Below are positions 9,916 to 20,340 of a DNA stretch of 40,359 nt, in pieces. The position numbers and the translations under genes were made by a program. Positions within the stretch are counted from its first letter, which is position 1. Every line of letters begins with the position of its first letter. The notes beneath the pieces were generated by a model that was given only the letters and a program-made list of their open reading frames with translations, was not told where the DNA came from and did no database searches. The stretch is taken from positions 1 to 40,359 of the forward strand of contig JAEOSZ010000028.1 in the NCBI GenBank assembly GCA_016840095.1. Direction: 5' to 3'. Origin of the DNA: Candidatus Heimdallarchaeota archaeon. GTDB taxonomy: Archaea; Asgardarchaeota; Heimdallarchaeia; Heimdallarchaeales; Heimdallarchaeaceae.

Positions 9916-10557
9916 CTAAAATACTGCAAAATCCAGAAGTTTGTACAAAGTTAAAGCGAAGATTAGTATAGAGTATGTTGTTAAGTAATAATTCTTGATT
10001 CTAAAGCCTGATATTGCTAAGCTAAGGAATGAAATAATAAGCAATGAAACTGAAATAATCTCCAATCTAACATACTTATCCAAAATATATCCAATATCTT
10101 GATTACTAAACCAAGCAATATAGTAATACTTAGCATTGTTATATAGTGATAGAAAGTTTGAAAGGAATAGGATACTACCTGTTACAATGAAATATTTTCC
10201 ATTGTTTTTTCTATTCTTCAATCCGAATAAGATTAAAGCTGTTGCTAGAAGGATTAAGAACCCTTTAGGAACAGTTTGGTTTATGGTAAAATCGTAAATA
10301 AATCCTGTTTGCAAATCCTCCCAAATCCAATCACCTACTATGGTTTCCTTGGGAAGAAAGATTCTAACTATACTATATGAAAAGATTAGACTGGATAAGA
10401 TAAGAATATATTTTGATAGTTCGAAATTTCTTTTGTCTTCTTCAAGTTTGTACGAACCGATTACTAAGAATAAGGTTATGAAAACACCTAACCCTAAGTA
10501 GATCCAGGTTCTCACCGAAAAGGGGAAGGGGGTAAAGATTATTGCCATTTTTCTCAC
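9916..10557 (-). CDS. hypothetical polytopic membrane protein
   Basis: About 6 hydrophobic segments; co-oriented with the acyltransferase and S41 genes. Confidence 0.65.
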   Translation of the reverse strand: MRKMAIIFTPFPFSVRTWIYLGLGVFITLFLVIGSYKLEEDKRNFELSKYILILSSLIFSYSIVRIFLPKETIVGDWIWEDLQTGFIYDFTINQTVPKGFLILLATALILFGLKNRKNNGKYFIVTGSILFLSNFLSLYNNAKYYYIAWFSNQDIGYILDKYVRLEIISVSLLIISFLSLAISGFRIKNYYLTTYSILIFALTLYKLLDFAVF

Positions 10558-10725
10558 TTCTTGAGAACACTATTTTGGAAAACATATATAAAGATTTTGG
10601 AATGAGCCAATATCGACAATTGGTAAGCATAAATATATTTTTACGCACTACATTGGTTACAATTTATGCTTGAATAAAAATACTTATATACTGTTGGAAA
10701 GTATTTTTTATTAGAAACAAGGATT

Positions 10726-11460
10726 GTGATAAATTTGGAGAAACAAGACCTTAAAACCAGAGAACCTGAAGCTGTTCTAGTTATTAGAGATGATGACGAA
10801 TATGAAACAACTATAACAGAAAAAGTAAAGGACAAAGATTCCGGTAAGATGAAAACTGTTCAGAAAAAAGTTATGAAAAAGAAGCTGGATTTACTATTTG
10901 ATGAAAAATATCTTTCGATCTTTCAATCTTTACGTAATGGTCCCTATACAATAGAAGATGTAACTGAAAAATATAATGAAAATAAAAAGAAAGAAGACGT
11001 TAAAAAGAAGATCACTATCTACAGCTATGTTAAGGAACTCGAGAAAGCTGGATTAGTAATACAGGTTGGTAAAAGACTAACTCAAAAAGAATCAGGAAAA
11101 ATTGTTACTGATACTCTTTATAATCGCGCTGCAAAAATGTTTTATCCAATAATTGTTTCTGAAGACTTCTGGCTTCAAGAAAAAAATACTGAACTGGTTG
11201 AGAGACTCGCAGAACTCATTAGTGTTTATCTAAAAAAGCCAAAAATACCTGTTGAGGCGATGAAAAATCTTCTTTCAAGGATATATACTGTTACTGAAAC
11301 TGAAATAGCGGGATTTTTACAAAATGAGAGTGATAAGGTTACTGACGTAATTGGAGATCTCTTCTTTAAAGAAATGGATAATATTTTCAGAGCTTTAGAT
11401 TTTATCATAATTCTTCTAAATCCAACATACTATGAGAAAGAGTTAAAAGAAATACTCTAG
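10726..11460 (+). CDS. winged-helix (ArsR-like) DNA-binding protein
   Basis: LRNGPYTIEDV...TIYSYVKELEKAGLVIQVG...LYNRAAK. Confidence 0.7.
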   Translation: MINLEKQDLKTREPEAVLVIRDDDEYETTITEKVKDKDSGKMKTVQKKVMKKKLDLLFDEKYLSIFQSLRNGPYTIEDVTEKYNENKKKEDVKKKITIYSYVKELEKAGLVIQVGKRLTQKESGKIVTDTLYNRAAKMFYPIIVSEDFWLQEKNTELVERLAELISVYLKKPKIPVEAMKNLLSRIYTVTETEIAGFLQNESDKVTDVIGDLFFKEMDNIFRALDFIIILLNPTYYEKELKEIL

Positions 11461-11475
11461 CAATAAGCAAAGAGC

Positions 11476-12777
11476 TTGATATATTTGTCTGCAAAAACAC
11501 TAACTGATTCCATTTCGAAAGGAAATCGTTTGAAGGACAAAATCAAAGAAAATCCTTGGTTTAATCTTGAAAGAAATGAGATTTTTCTTCTCTTAAGTTT
11601 CTTCTTTATAGGTGCTGCTTTTGCTAATTATGAACCCTATGCTTCGTTTTGGTTAAGCAATTTATTTAAAGTAGAGTCTTTCTTCACTATTGGTTTAGTT
11701 TTCGTCATCCCAAGTATTTCTGTTGCTATAAGTACACCTTTTTGGGGATATTTAGCAGATAGATTTGGAACTAAAAGATTTGTTTTACTTGGAGTAGTAG
11801 CACATGTGATACTTTTTTTCAGCTTAATTTTTGCAACATCCTCAACATTTTTCTTAGTAGCAGTTCTACTCGGTAGTTTAATAGGAGCAGCTCAATCCTC
11901 GAATTATTATGCTTTAGGAGAAAGAGTTGTTAACAAGCCAAGGGCAATGATATTTGCAAAAATGATTGCGATTATAAGTCTTTCATGGGTTATAATGAGT
12001 CCAATTACAGGGTGGATAAATGATAGCTTTCAGGAAGATGCAATGAGAATTCAACTCATTGTAGCAGTAATTCTCTGTTTAGTATCTTTACTCATAGCTT
12101 TATTGATAAAAGAAGAAAATAAGCTAGAGGAGAGTGCTGAAGAAGAGGAAATTGTCATAAAAGATGTTTCTAAAAAAAATCCTTTGACTCTTGTTCCACT
12201 ATTATTCATTTTAATTCTTTTGACAGTTTTTACATTTCAAACAACAGGAGGTTTTTGGGCATATACTTCGATCTATTTTCTAGACACACTTCATGTTAAT
12301 GGAGTAACTTATTCAGTTTTTCTAATATTAAAAACAGCTCTCGCAGTTCCTATTGCTATTTTACTCGGAAGAGTTAAGAAACACAACACAAATACATTGC
12401 TTATTTTAATTGTATCAGGTTGGTCCTTTGTATCATTTCTTTTCATGATGTTGTTTCCACTTAATTGGATTATGTTCCTATTAATTTACAGTATTCCAAT
12501 GTACCCAGTTTATAATGTTACATATCTTTCAGTTGTTTCTAAATTAACTTCAGAAAAACGAAAGGCAACAGCTTTTGGGATAACAAGTGCATTATCGACA
12601 GCGGGATATGTATTTGGTATCCTCATACTTGGAATAACAGCTGATTCCTTTGCAGAGGGTATTTTTGTTATGCTTAAAGTTTCAATGATTCTAGGTATAA
12701 TCGCAACTTTAGTTGCAGTTGTTTACTACTTTTACAACAGAATGAAATATAATGAAAAGAATACAGAAAATTTATAG
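11476..12777 (+). CDS. MFS transporter
   Basis: WGYLADRFGTKR motif A; about 12 TM. Confidence 0.9.
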   Translation: MIYLSAKTLTDSISKGNRLKDKIKENPWFNLERNEIFLLLSFFFIGAAFANYEPYASFWLSNLFKVESFFTIGLVFVIPSISVAISTPFWGYLADRFGTKRFVLLGVVAHVILFFSLIFATSSTFFLVAVLLGSLIGAAQSSNYYALGERVVNKPRAMIFAKMIAIISLSWVIMSPITGWINDSFQEDAMRIQLIVAVILCLVSLLIALLIKEENKLEESAEEEEIVIKDVSKKNPLTLVPLLFILILLTVFTFQTTGGFWAYTSIYFLDTLHVNGVTYSVFLILKTALAVPIAILLGRVKKHNTNTLLILIVSGWSFVSFLFMMLFPLNWIMFLLIYSIPMYPVYNVTYLSVVSKLTSEKRKATAFGITSALSTAGYVFGILILGITADSFAEGIFVMLKVSMILGIIATLVAVVYYFYNRMKYNEKNTENL

Positions 12778-12799
12778 TTATTAAACGGTAGTAAAATTC

Positions 12800-13450
12800 A
12801 TGAGTTCTTCTAATCCTCATTGTATTTGTATCTGGGAAGATGAAGAAAGTTGTGAAGATTGTAATTTGAAAGGGAGATTTCATTGTCATCTGGATAAGAA
12901 ATATGCCATAATTTTTGGAATTCCTTTCTTTATTGGTTTCATACCAGCTTTTGTTGGTTTGATTTTACTTCAATTTCCATTAAATCTTATTTCAACTCTT
13001 GTATGGATTAGTTATATTGTATTTTTCTTTCTAGTTTGGGAGCCACCAATCTTATGTGCCCATTGTCCATTCTATGCTGAAGGAGAAACAAAAACCCTCC
13101 ATTGTTCAATCAATTATGGTTTTCGAAAAACCTCTAAATTCAAACCTGGACCTATAAATGTATGGGAAAAAATACAGTTTATTGTTGGAGCAAATATCAT
13201 CTTTGCTATACCTTTAGTATTTCTGGTTTTTGGAGTGAGTTGGACTAAATGGATATTCTTTGGTTTGTGTGCATTTGGTGTAGTACTTTGGTATATTGTT
13301 ATTCAGCTGAAAGTATGTACAGATTGTATCAATTTCTCTTGTGTTCTTAATAGAGTACCTAAAGAAATTAGAGATGAGTTTCTAAAGAAGAACACTATTA
13401 TGTATGAAGCTTGGAAAAAGAGTGGTTACAAATTTGAAGATGATGATTAA
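12800..13450 (+). CDS. Cys-rich 4-TM membrane protein of unknown function
   Basis: CxC..CxxC..CH, CAHCP and CTDCINFSC clusters flanking TM pairs. Confidence 0.7.
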   Translation: MSSSNPHCICIWEDEESCEDCNLKGRFHCHLDKKYAIIFGIPFFIGFIPAFVGLILLQFPLNLISTLVWISYIVFFFLVWEPPILCAHCPFYAEGETKTLHCSINYGFRKTSKFKPGPINVWEKIQFIVGANIIFAIPLVFLVFGVSWTKWIFFGLCAFGVVLWYIVIQLKVCTDCINFSCVLNRVPKEIRDEFLKKNTIMYEAWKKSGYKFEDDD

Positions 13451-14226
13451 TCTATTTTTAACATCTTCTTGATGTTTCCGGAGAAAATCAGTTCTTTTGT
13501 TAGTTCATCAAGATTAAGTTTCTCGTATCTATCTTTATCCTGTTTAAGTACTTGGCTAATTTGATCTGGAGCAATATGTGTTCCAAATACTATATTCTGA
13601 AAAGCGTTTTCCCACCACAAATATTTTTCTAAACCTTGTTCATCTAATTTAGCTCTCCACCCATCTAATTCTCCAGTGATGTCAACATAAACATTATGTC
13701 TCATTCTGGCTAGTTCTGCTGCATCCCTGTTCCAATGTCCTCCAAAATGAGCAAGAATAATATTCAGATCAGGAAAAGAATTAGCAATTGGTTCTATTTG
13801 TAAAGGATGCATATCTAATGATAATATGATATCTCTAGGAGAAGATTCTGACACAGTAACTAAACCTGTATGAAAAATGATAGGCATCCCTAGTCTTTGA
13901 GCTGCTCCCCAAAGAGGATAGAAGGATTGATCACTGTAAGGCTTTTTTGGAATTATTGCTTTCAGCATTTTGAAACCTTGTTCGTATGCATCCTGTATTT
14001 CAAGAGCTGAAGTAACTCCTGGACGGATAGAATATGTTCCTATGAATCGAGGTTTGAATTTCTCGACAGTCTCTAGTATCTCTTTGTTAGTTACAGAGTT
14101 AAACATTGATCCCATTCCACTGATGCAAGCTTTTGAAATGTTTAGTCTATTCATTTCTGTCATTAGTTCTAACACATAGTCAGGTGTTGCAGAAATATGT
14201 GCATGGGAGTCTATAATGTCCATCAA
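13447..14226 (-). CDS. amidohydrolase_2 family protein
   Basis: IDSHAH, IFHTG, ILAHFG, NVYVDIT, VFGTH. Confidence 0.85.
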   Translation of the reverse strand: MMDIIDSHAHISATPDYVLELMTEMNRLNISKACISGMGSMFNSVTNKEILETVEKFKPRFIGTYSIRPGVTSALEIQDAYEQGFKMLKAIIPKKPYSDQSFYPLWGAAQRLGMPIIFHTGLVTVSESSPRDIILSLDMHPLQIEPIANSFPDLNIILAHFGGHWNRDAAELARMRHNVYVDITGELDGWRAKLDEQGLEKYLWWENAFQNIVFGTHIAPDQISQVLKQDKDRYEKLNLDELTKELIFSGNIKKMLKID

Positions 14227-14295
14227 AGAAAAAGTAGTTTATCATTTAATTAAATCTATCTTTACTCCTAACCAGGCTTAATCCAATATCTTAGT

Positions 14296-14496
14296 TCATG
14301 CTTTCTTGTAAAGTACATATTCAACTGGAACTATGTGTCCTGTATTATAGTGATGTAGAACTGCATCTAAATCCTCTGAAGCATAATGATTATTAATACA
14401 ACATAGTGCAGCTATCTCAGATATATCAAACCATTTCTTCCCATCAACACTACATTTTGCAACATCGAACTGATTAACAAATAATTCGCTTATCAT
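14296..14496 (-). CDS. small Cys/His-containing hypothetical protein
   Basis: 66 aa with C, CC, H, HH, H; occupies an otherwise empty interval. Confidence 0.5.
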   Translation of the reverse strand: MISELFVNQFDVAKCSVDGKKWFDISEIAALCCINNHYASEDLDAVLHHYNTGHIVPVEYVLYKKA

Positions 14497-14642
14497 CTCA
14501 CAAGTTAAATTAGAATTTCCTATAAAAACAGAGAAAATATCTTCGTTTAAAAAGAGAAAATCTCACAAAACATTAATAATGGTCTGAAATTTAAGGTGGA
14601 CGTTTACAAGTAAACTTCTAAAAAAATAAGAGTTGTAATTTA

Positions 14643-15509
14643 ATGCAAATTGATAATCATAAGTGTTTTAGTTTAACTAAGAAAGGAAATTCCAATCCAG
14701 AACAATTTATAAAAAATAGATTCAGAAGAGTAGACACTGTTACTAAATCTTTCAAATTGATTCATCCTGAAGATCTGAATTTGTATATGACAAACCTAAA
14801 AGAAAAATTCAGTGAGTATGTAGGCAATTATATTTTTAATACTGATGCATTTGACTGGAAAGTTCTTCAGGAAGAGTTAGAGATATTACCAAATTTTCCT
14901 GAACTTGAAAAACTAGTTTTCTACTATATATGTAAAACAATAAAGTTACCTGAAAATTATTCTTCAGATCAAGGTGAAATAGAATTGGGATATTTTAACA
15001 GAATCAAAGCTCTTGAAAGAGTATCCTATTTTGTAGTCAGAACATTCGTAGATACCTATGGAAAAGAAATAGGAACTGCTATTTACAAAGAAATAGTTCC
15101 ATATCTTCTAGAGGATATGAGGTCGAGAGATACATCTGAAAAACCAGAAGATCCAAAGACTGTTACGATTTTAGATCCCCATAAGAGAAATTTAGATTCA
15201 TGGTGCAAATCAGGATTAGCTGATTTTTCTTACCATATTTTTGATGATTACAAGGTAGTATATCGTTTTGATAGTTGTTTGACCCCTGAAGCTCTGAAGG
15301 AGTTTGATGATCCTGATATAGCTTACTTAAGTTCTTGTTACATCGGCGATGTTCCTGAATTTAATATCGGTAGATCCATCAATCTTCGAAGAACACAAAC
15401 ACTTCACCACGCTAAGTTTTGCGATGAGCTGTACTGGAATAATTATGTTCATCCTGATACTGAACAACCTTCGCTGGAATTCACTGAAAATATTGGAAAA
15501 GATATGTAA
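14643..15509 (+). CDS. L-2-amino-thiazoline-4-carboxylic acid (ATC) hydrolase-like / V4R-fold protein, paralog 1
   Basis: RFDSCL, SSCYIGD, LRRTQTLHHAKFCDE C-terminal signature. Confidence 0.7.
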   Translation: MQIDNHKCFSLTKKGNSNPEQFIKNRFRRVDTVTKSFKLIHPEDLNLYMTNLKEKFSEYVGNYIFNTDAFDWKVLQEELEILPNFPELEKLVFYYICKTIKLPENYSSDQGEIELGYFNRIKALERVSYFVVRTFVDTYGKEIGTAIYKEIVPYLLEDMRSRDTSEKPEDPKTVTILDPHKRNLDSWCKSGLADFSYHIFDDYKVVYRFDSCLTPEALKEFDDPDIAYLSSCYIGDVPEFNIGRSINLRRTQTLHHAKFCDELYWNNYVHPDTEQPSLEFTENIGKDM

Positions 15510-15533
15510 AAAAAGGACAAAGGTGAATTCAAG

Positions 15534-16406
15534 ATGAAAATTGAGACCCACAAGTGTTTTAGCTTAACAAACAGAGGAAAATTTGAACCTGAGAAAATCA
15601 TCAAGGCTCAACTAGATAAAGTAGATTCTGTAACTAGAATGTTCAATAAAATTAAACCTAAAGATCTGGAGTTATATTTATCAAACTTGGAGAATGTGTT
15701 TAGTAAAATTGTAGATGATTATGATTTTAAGCAAGAAGCTTTTGACTGGGACTTAATCAGAAAAGATCTTGAACTTATACATAATTATCCTAAACTTGAG
15801 AAACTAATTTTTCTCTATACTTGTATAATCTTAGAAGTTCCAGTAGAATATGAATCTGGTCAAGGTGAAATAGAACTAGGGTTTTTTGATTGGATTAAAG
15901 TTCTCAGAAGAGTACCATATTATCTAGTTAGAACACTAGTAGATATTTATGGAAAACAGAAAGGAACTGAAATCTATAAAGAGATAGTACCTCTACATTT
16001 AGATGATTTGCTATCAAAAGGCAAGTCAGAAGAACCTGAAGATCCTAAATCTGTTAATATTCTTGAATTTAATGAAAGACAGATAAAATCTTGGTGTGAG
16101 TGTGGATTAGCAGACTTCGCTGTTTGTATTTATGATGACTACAAAGTTGTCTACCGTTTTGATAGTTGTTTAACTCCTGAAGCTCTTAAAGAATTCAATG
16201 ATCCAGATATAGCCTATCTGAGCTCTTGTTATCTGACAGATCATCCGAGATTCAATGAAGGAAGAATAATTCATCTTCGAAGAAAGCAGACACTCCATCA
16301 CTCTGAATTCTGCGACGAGCTTTATTGGAACAATTACGTTCATCCTGAAACAGAACATCCTGCATTAGAATTCATAGAGCATATGGGGAAAGATATGGAG
16401 GAATGA
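15534..16406 (+). CDS. ATC hydrolase-like protein, paralog 2
   Basis: Closely similar to paralog 1 (YKVVYRFDSCLTPEALKEF shared). Confidence 0.7.
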   Translation: MKIETHKCFSLTNRGKFEPEKIIKAQLDKVDSVTRMFNKIKPKDLELYLSNLENVFSKIVDDYDFKQEAFDWDLIRKDLELIHNYPKLEKLIFLYTCIILEVPVEYESGQGEIELGFFDWIKVLRRVPYYLVRTLVDIYGKQKGTEIYKEIVPLHLDDLLSKGKSEEPEDPKSVNILEFNERQIKSWCECGLADFAVCIYDDYKVVYRFDSCLTPEALKEFNDPDIAYLSSCYLTDHPRFNEGRIIHLRRKQTLHHSEFCDELYWNNYVHPETEHPALEFIEHMGKDMEE

Positions 16407-16409
16407 ATA

Positions 16410-17282
16410 ATGGAAGTATTTAGAACAGGTCAGTATGATATTAGTGATCTAGAAAGGTTACAAGAAATCCAGCCACTAGATTATGCAAAAAAAAGTGTAT
16501 TGAAGAGATTGAACTATCTGATTGGTTATCTTAAGAAGGAAATGCCAGAGATCCTTCCAGCTTTTGTTACGAAATTGCAAAAGAATTTTGAGCAACAACT
16601 AAAGACTTCTCTCACAACTAATCAACAATTGGACTTGAAAGAGATAAGTAAAGATTTCTTACATTTGAAGATCTATCCAGATTTACTTAAGCCTGCCTTA
16701 GATTACTTCCTACAATTGCTTGATTATAGTAGTACCAAAAAATGGTTATCTGAAACTATTAAGATACCAAATAGAAACCATATTCAATCATTTCTATATC
16801 ATAGATACTTCAATGCTTTAACTTTGACAGAAATACTAGAAAGAAATCAAGCTGTTAGATTGTTCAAAAGCTATATTGAATCCTATGTGAAATCACTTTC
16901 AGCTTACGGTTCAAAATACGATACATTGGAGGATTTTAGAAATGCTCGAATTCCTAAGGAAGATGATCCTCCAAGCATAGGGTGGGTAATTGTACAGGGA
17001 AAAATTGAGAATGGAAAGTATCCTCAAAGAAAAGATACATGCATGTGGGCAGATGCAATAGATGAATTACCAGATGTAGAATTGAGGTATCTTGCAGCTT
17101 GTTATGGAGATTTTCAAGGTTACAATAACTGTAACGAGAATTTCATCCTAACAATGAAACATACAGTAGTTGAAGGACATCCTTATTGTGATTGCATAAC
17201 TCACGATGTAAGGATAAATAGTGATCTAAATCATCCTTCTAGGGAATTCTTTGATGATTTATGGTCTCAAAAGGATAAATGA
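16410..17282 (+). CDS. ATC hydrolase-like protein, paralog 3
   Basis: KDTCMW, ACYGDF, LTMKHTVVEGHPYCDC. Confidence 0.75.
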   Translation: MEVFRTGQYDISDLERLQEIQPLDYAKKSVLKRLNYLIGYLKKEMPEILPAFVTKLQKNFEQQLKTSLTTNQQLDLKEISKDFLHLKIYPDLLKPALDYFLQLLDYSSTKKWLSETIKIPNRNHIQSFLYHRYFNALTLTEILERNQAVRLFKSYIESYVKSLSAYGSKYDTLEDFRNARIPKEDDPPSIGWVIVQGKIENGKYPQRKDTCMWADAIDELPDVELRYLAACYGDFQGYNNCNENFILTMKHTVVEGHPYCDCITHDVRINSDLNHPSREFFDDLWSQKDK

Positions 17283-17303
17283 AATCAACAAGAGCTGTAT
17301 TAG

Positions 17304-18179
17304 ATGGAATTTAAGGAAAAAGGAAGATATAATCCAGAAGCTTTGGATTATATGGAAAAAGTTCAACCACTTGAGTTTGCAAAACTTTCTCCCCTAAGAA
17401 GATTAAACTACTTATTAGATGTTGTTGAGAATTTAAGATCAGATAGCCTTCAAGAGTATATTGATATATTAATGAAAAATTACAAAGAGAAAATAGATGT
17501 TGAATATATTGATTCTAGCAATCCCTTTCTACTGGAGTTTCTTGAAGATTTAGATAGTTTGAAGAACTATCCTGAGTTAGCAACTTATAATATCAACTTC
17601 TTTCTCAATATTCTTGATTTACCACAGAATAATAAGTGGAAAGTTGAAAAAATGGAAGTCCCTCAAGCAAACTTTCTCAGATCATTCTTAGTGCCAAAGT
17701 ATGTGAATTTGAAATCATTAGTGAAAGCTGTAGGTAGAGAAGAAGGAATTAGCATCTATAAAAAATACATCACAAGCTTCCTTATCTCAATTCATAAAAA
17801 TCAAGAAGATGAGATTGAGGATTTGAGATCACTTCATCAAAAATTTTTTGAAGAAGAACCCAAAGAATCAGAAAGTTGGGTAGTTATCCACAGTGAGCCT
17901 GTAAATGGTAAGCTAGTGTTTAGAAAGGATGTTTGTTTGTGGAATGAATCTCTCTCAGATTTAACTGATTTAGAATTTAAATTTCTAGTCTGCTGCTATG
18001 GAGATTTTCAAGGAATAAGAAGTGAAAACAGTCATTTTATTCTAACAATGGATCATACTATTGCTAAAGGAGATCCTTATTGCAGTTGCATAGTGCATGA
18101 TACAAGAATTGATTGGAAGATAAATCATCCACCGAAAGAATATTGGGATAATATTTGGCCCCTACATGAATGGCAATAA
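17304..18179 (+). CDS. ATC hydrolase-like protein, paralog 4
   Basis: KDVCLW, CCYGDF, LTMDHTIAKGDPYCSC. Confidence 0.75.
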   Translation: MEFKEKGRYNPEALDYMEKVQPLEFAKLSPLRRLNYLLDVVENLRSDSLQEYIDILMKNYKEKIDVEYIDSSNPFLLEFLEDLDSLKNYPELATYNINFFLNILDLPQNNKWKVEKMEVPQANFLRSFLVPKYVNLKSLVKAVGREEGISIYKKYITSFLISIHKNQEDEIEDLRSLHQKFFEEEPKESESWVVIHSEPVNGKLVFRKDVCLWNESLSDLTDLEFKFLVCCYGDFQGIRSENSHFILTMDHTIAKGDPYCSCIVHDTRIDWKINHPPKEYWDNIWPLHEWQ

Positions 18180-18274
18180 AAGTGAAATAAATATTAATAT
18201 GAGAAGTAATTAACTTTGTAGATATCTACTTCTAGAAATACTTATTAGTTTCTTAAAGTCTTTAATAGTGAAAA

Positions 18275-20299
18275 GTGTTGAAACTCAAACTCATTTGCAA
18301 TAAGAATCAGTTAATTCCCATAACACTTCTGATTCTAATTTTCTCTCTATCTTATTCACAAGATTTTCGATATGAGTTAGGTAATTTAGATGTTCAAGAA
18401 TTTGAACAGATCAAACTAATTGCATCAGAAGCAATTTTTATTGATTCCTCTGATGATTTTATTACTTACGGCTTTAATGGATCTGGTTTATCAAGTGATC
18501 CTTATGTTATTGCAAATCTATCCATTAATACAGCTGAAGATTATGGGATTTATGTTGGTGGGATTACTGAATATTTCATTATATTGGGGTGTACAATTGA
18601 TGCATACTTAGGTGGTATATATATTGAAAATCTTCCATCAGGAATAGCTACTATTTTCGATAACACTTGTAACTTTATCAAAGGAGGGTCAGGAATATCG
18701 TTCGTAAATGTAGTTAACTGTACAATTAAGAAAAACAGCTTGATAAATAACAAAATTGGTATCTATGGTCATTCCTCATCATTGAGTCAAGTGAAAGAGA
18801 ATGATTGTAAATTTAATACAGAAGAGGGAACACGATTTGATTATTGTACTGAAATCAATATTGAAAACAACACTATGATAAATAATTACGGAAGAGGGGT
18901 ACACGTTGAAAATTCAAACTATATGGAAATAAAGAACAATACGATGTACAACAATTTTATTGGGATTTATTTTAATGTAGTTAATGAATTATTAGTAATT
19001 GATAATTGGGTGGATCATCATCTGGTAGGAATTCATGGATTCGGATCAATGGATGGTTTATTTGTTTCAAATTTTATATATGATTCTGACTCTTTTGGAA
19101 TGAGCTTTGGCGAATATCTAGTAGAGGGTCCAGAGAGTCTTAACAATGAAATTTATCACAACTATTTTGTTGGAAATAACTTGAGATGGTACACATATGG
19201 ATCACAAGCTTATGATTATGCAAATCAATGGTATGATTCTTTAACATTGACCGGAAACTACTGGAGCGACTATAGAAACGAAACTTCATTTTATGAACTT
19301 GCTGGAGAGAATACTGATCCTTACCCAATACTAGCTCCTGACAGTGATGCAGATGATTTAGATGATATTGTAGAAGAATACATATACTTCACAGATTCTT
19401 TGTCCAATGATACTGATTCAGATAATCTCACAGATGGGGAGGAGGTTCTAGTATACTTTACAGATGCTCTCAATATTGATTCTGATTTTGATCAACTAGA
19501 AGATGGAGAAGAAATTTATGTATATTTCACATCACCAACAAATGGTGATTCAGATTTAGACGGATTAGAAGATGGGGCTGAGGTATACGACTACGGAACT
19601 AATCCTACAGATATAGATAGCGACGATGATTTGATGGAGGATGGGTACGAAGTATTCAATGACTTAAATCCGACACTGAATGATTCATTTGAGGATTTAG
19701 ATTCAGATGGATTAATCAATTTAGAAGAGTTCAATCTCAAAACTGAAGCAAATAATAATGATACAGATGGAGATTTACTTTTGGATGGAGACGAAGTGTT
19801 AATTTATCTTACAGATGCAAAACATGAAGATTCGGATTATGATGGATTGAATGATGGTGAGGAGATATTTACCTACTTAACATCACCTACTAATGATGAC
19901 TCGGATTTTGATGGGTTAGAAGATGGTGAGGAAGTTCTAACACACCATACGAACCCTTTGAGTGAAGATTCAGACTCTGATGGCATGGACGATTACTGGG
20001 AAGTACTTTTTGGATTGAATCCTCTACTTGATGATGGTGAAGGAGATTTAGATGAAGATTATCTAACCAACTTAGAAGAGTATGATCATAAAACTTTTCC
20101 AAATGATCCTGACACAGATGGTGATTCATACACAGATTTTGAGGAACTTAATTATGGTACTGATCCTTTGGATTATACCGATTATCCATCGTTTATTCAG
20201 GAGAACAAAGGTGGTTTCTTAGCTCTTGTTATAATTCCTAGCCTTGCAGTATTCTATGGTTTAGGTTATTTACTGATTAAGAAGGTAAAACTATTTTAG
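18275..20299 (+). CDS. cell-surface protein: NosD/parallel beta-helix plus thrombospondin type-3-like Ca-binding repeats and C-terminal TM anchor
   Basis: Signal-like N-terminus, NNxxGI repeats, GNYWSDY, DSDxDGLxDGEE repeats, C-terminal TM plus KKVK. Confidence 0.85.
   Translation: MLKLKLICNKNQLIPITLLILIFSLSYSQDFRYELGNLDVQEFEQIKLIASEAIFIDSSDDFITYGFNGSGLSSDPYVIANLSINTAEDYGIYVGGITEYFIILGCTIDAYLGGIYIENLPSGIATIFDNTCNFIKGGSGISFVNVVNCTIKKNSLINNKIGIYGHSSSLSQVKENDCKFNTEEGTRFDYCTEINIENNTMINNYGRGVHVENSNYMEIKNNTMYNNFIGIYFNVVNELLVIDNWVDHHLVGIHGFGSMDGLFVSNFIYDSDSFGMSFGEYLVEGPESLNNEIYHNYFVGNNLRWYTYGSQAYDYANQWYDSLTLTGNYWSDYRNETSFYELAGENTDPYPILAPDSDADDLDDIVEEYIYFTDSLSNDTDSDNLTDGEEVLVYFTDALNIDSDFDQLEDGEEIYVYFTSPTNGDSDLDGLEDGAEVYDYGTNPTDIDSDDDLMEDGYEVFNDLNPTLNDSFEDLDSDGLINLEEFNLKTEANNNDTDGDLLLDGDEVLIYLTDAKHEDSDYDGLNDGEEIFTYLTSPTNDDSDFDGLEDGEEVLTHHTNPLSEDSDSDGMDDYWEVLFGLNPLLDDGEGDLDEDYLTNLEEYDHKTFPNDPDTDGDSYTDFEELNYGTDPLDYTDYPSFIQENKGGFLALVIIPSLAVFYGLGYLLIKKVKLF
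19330..20185 (+). repeat. coding tandem repeats (~22-23 aa, DxDxDGLxDGEE)
   Basis: About 12 degenerate units visible in the protein sequence. Confidence 0.8.
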
Positions 20300-20340
20300 T
20301 ACATAATAAGAGTTTTAAGGCGTTAATTCCATGTTTAATT

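Noticed and set aside
19330-20185. Periodic GAT-rich repeats as a possible CRISPR array or DNA repeat
   Set aside because: Degenerate at synonymous positions, in frame, and encode DxDxDG Ca-binding repeats
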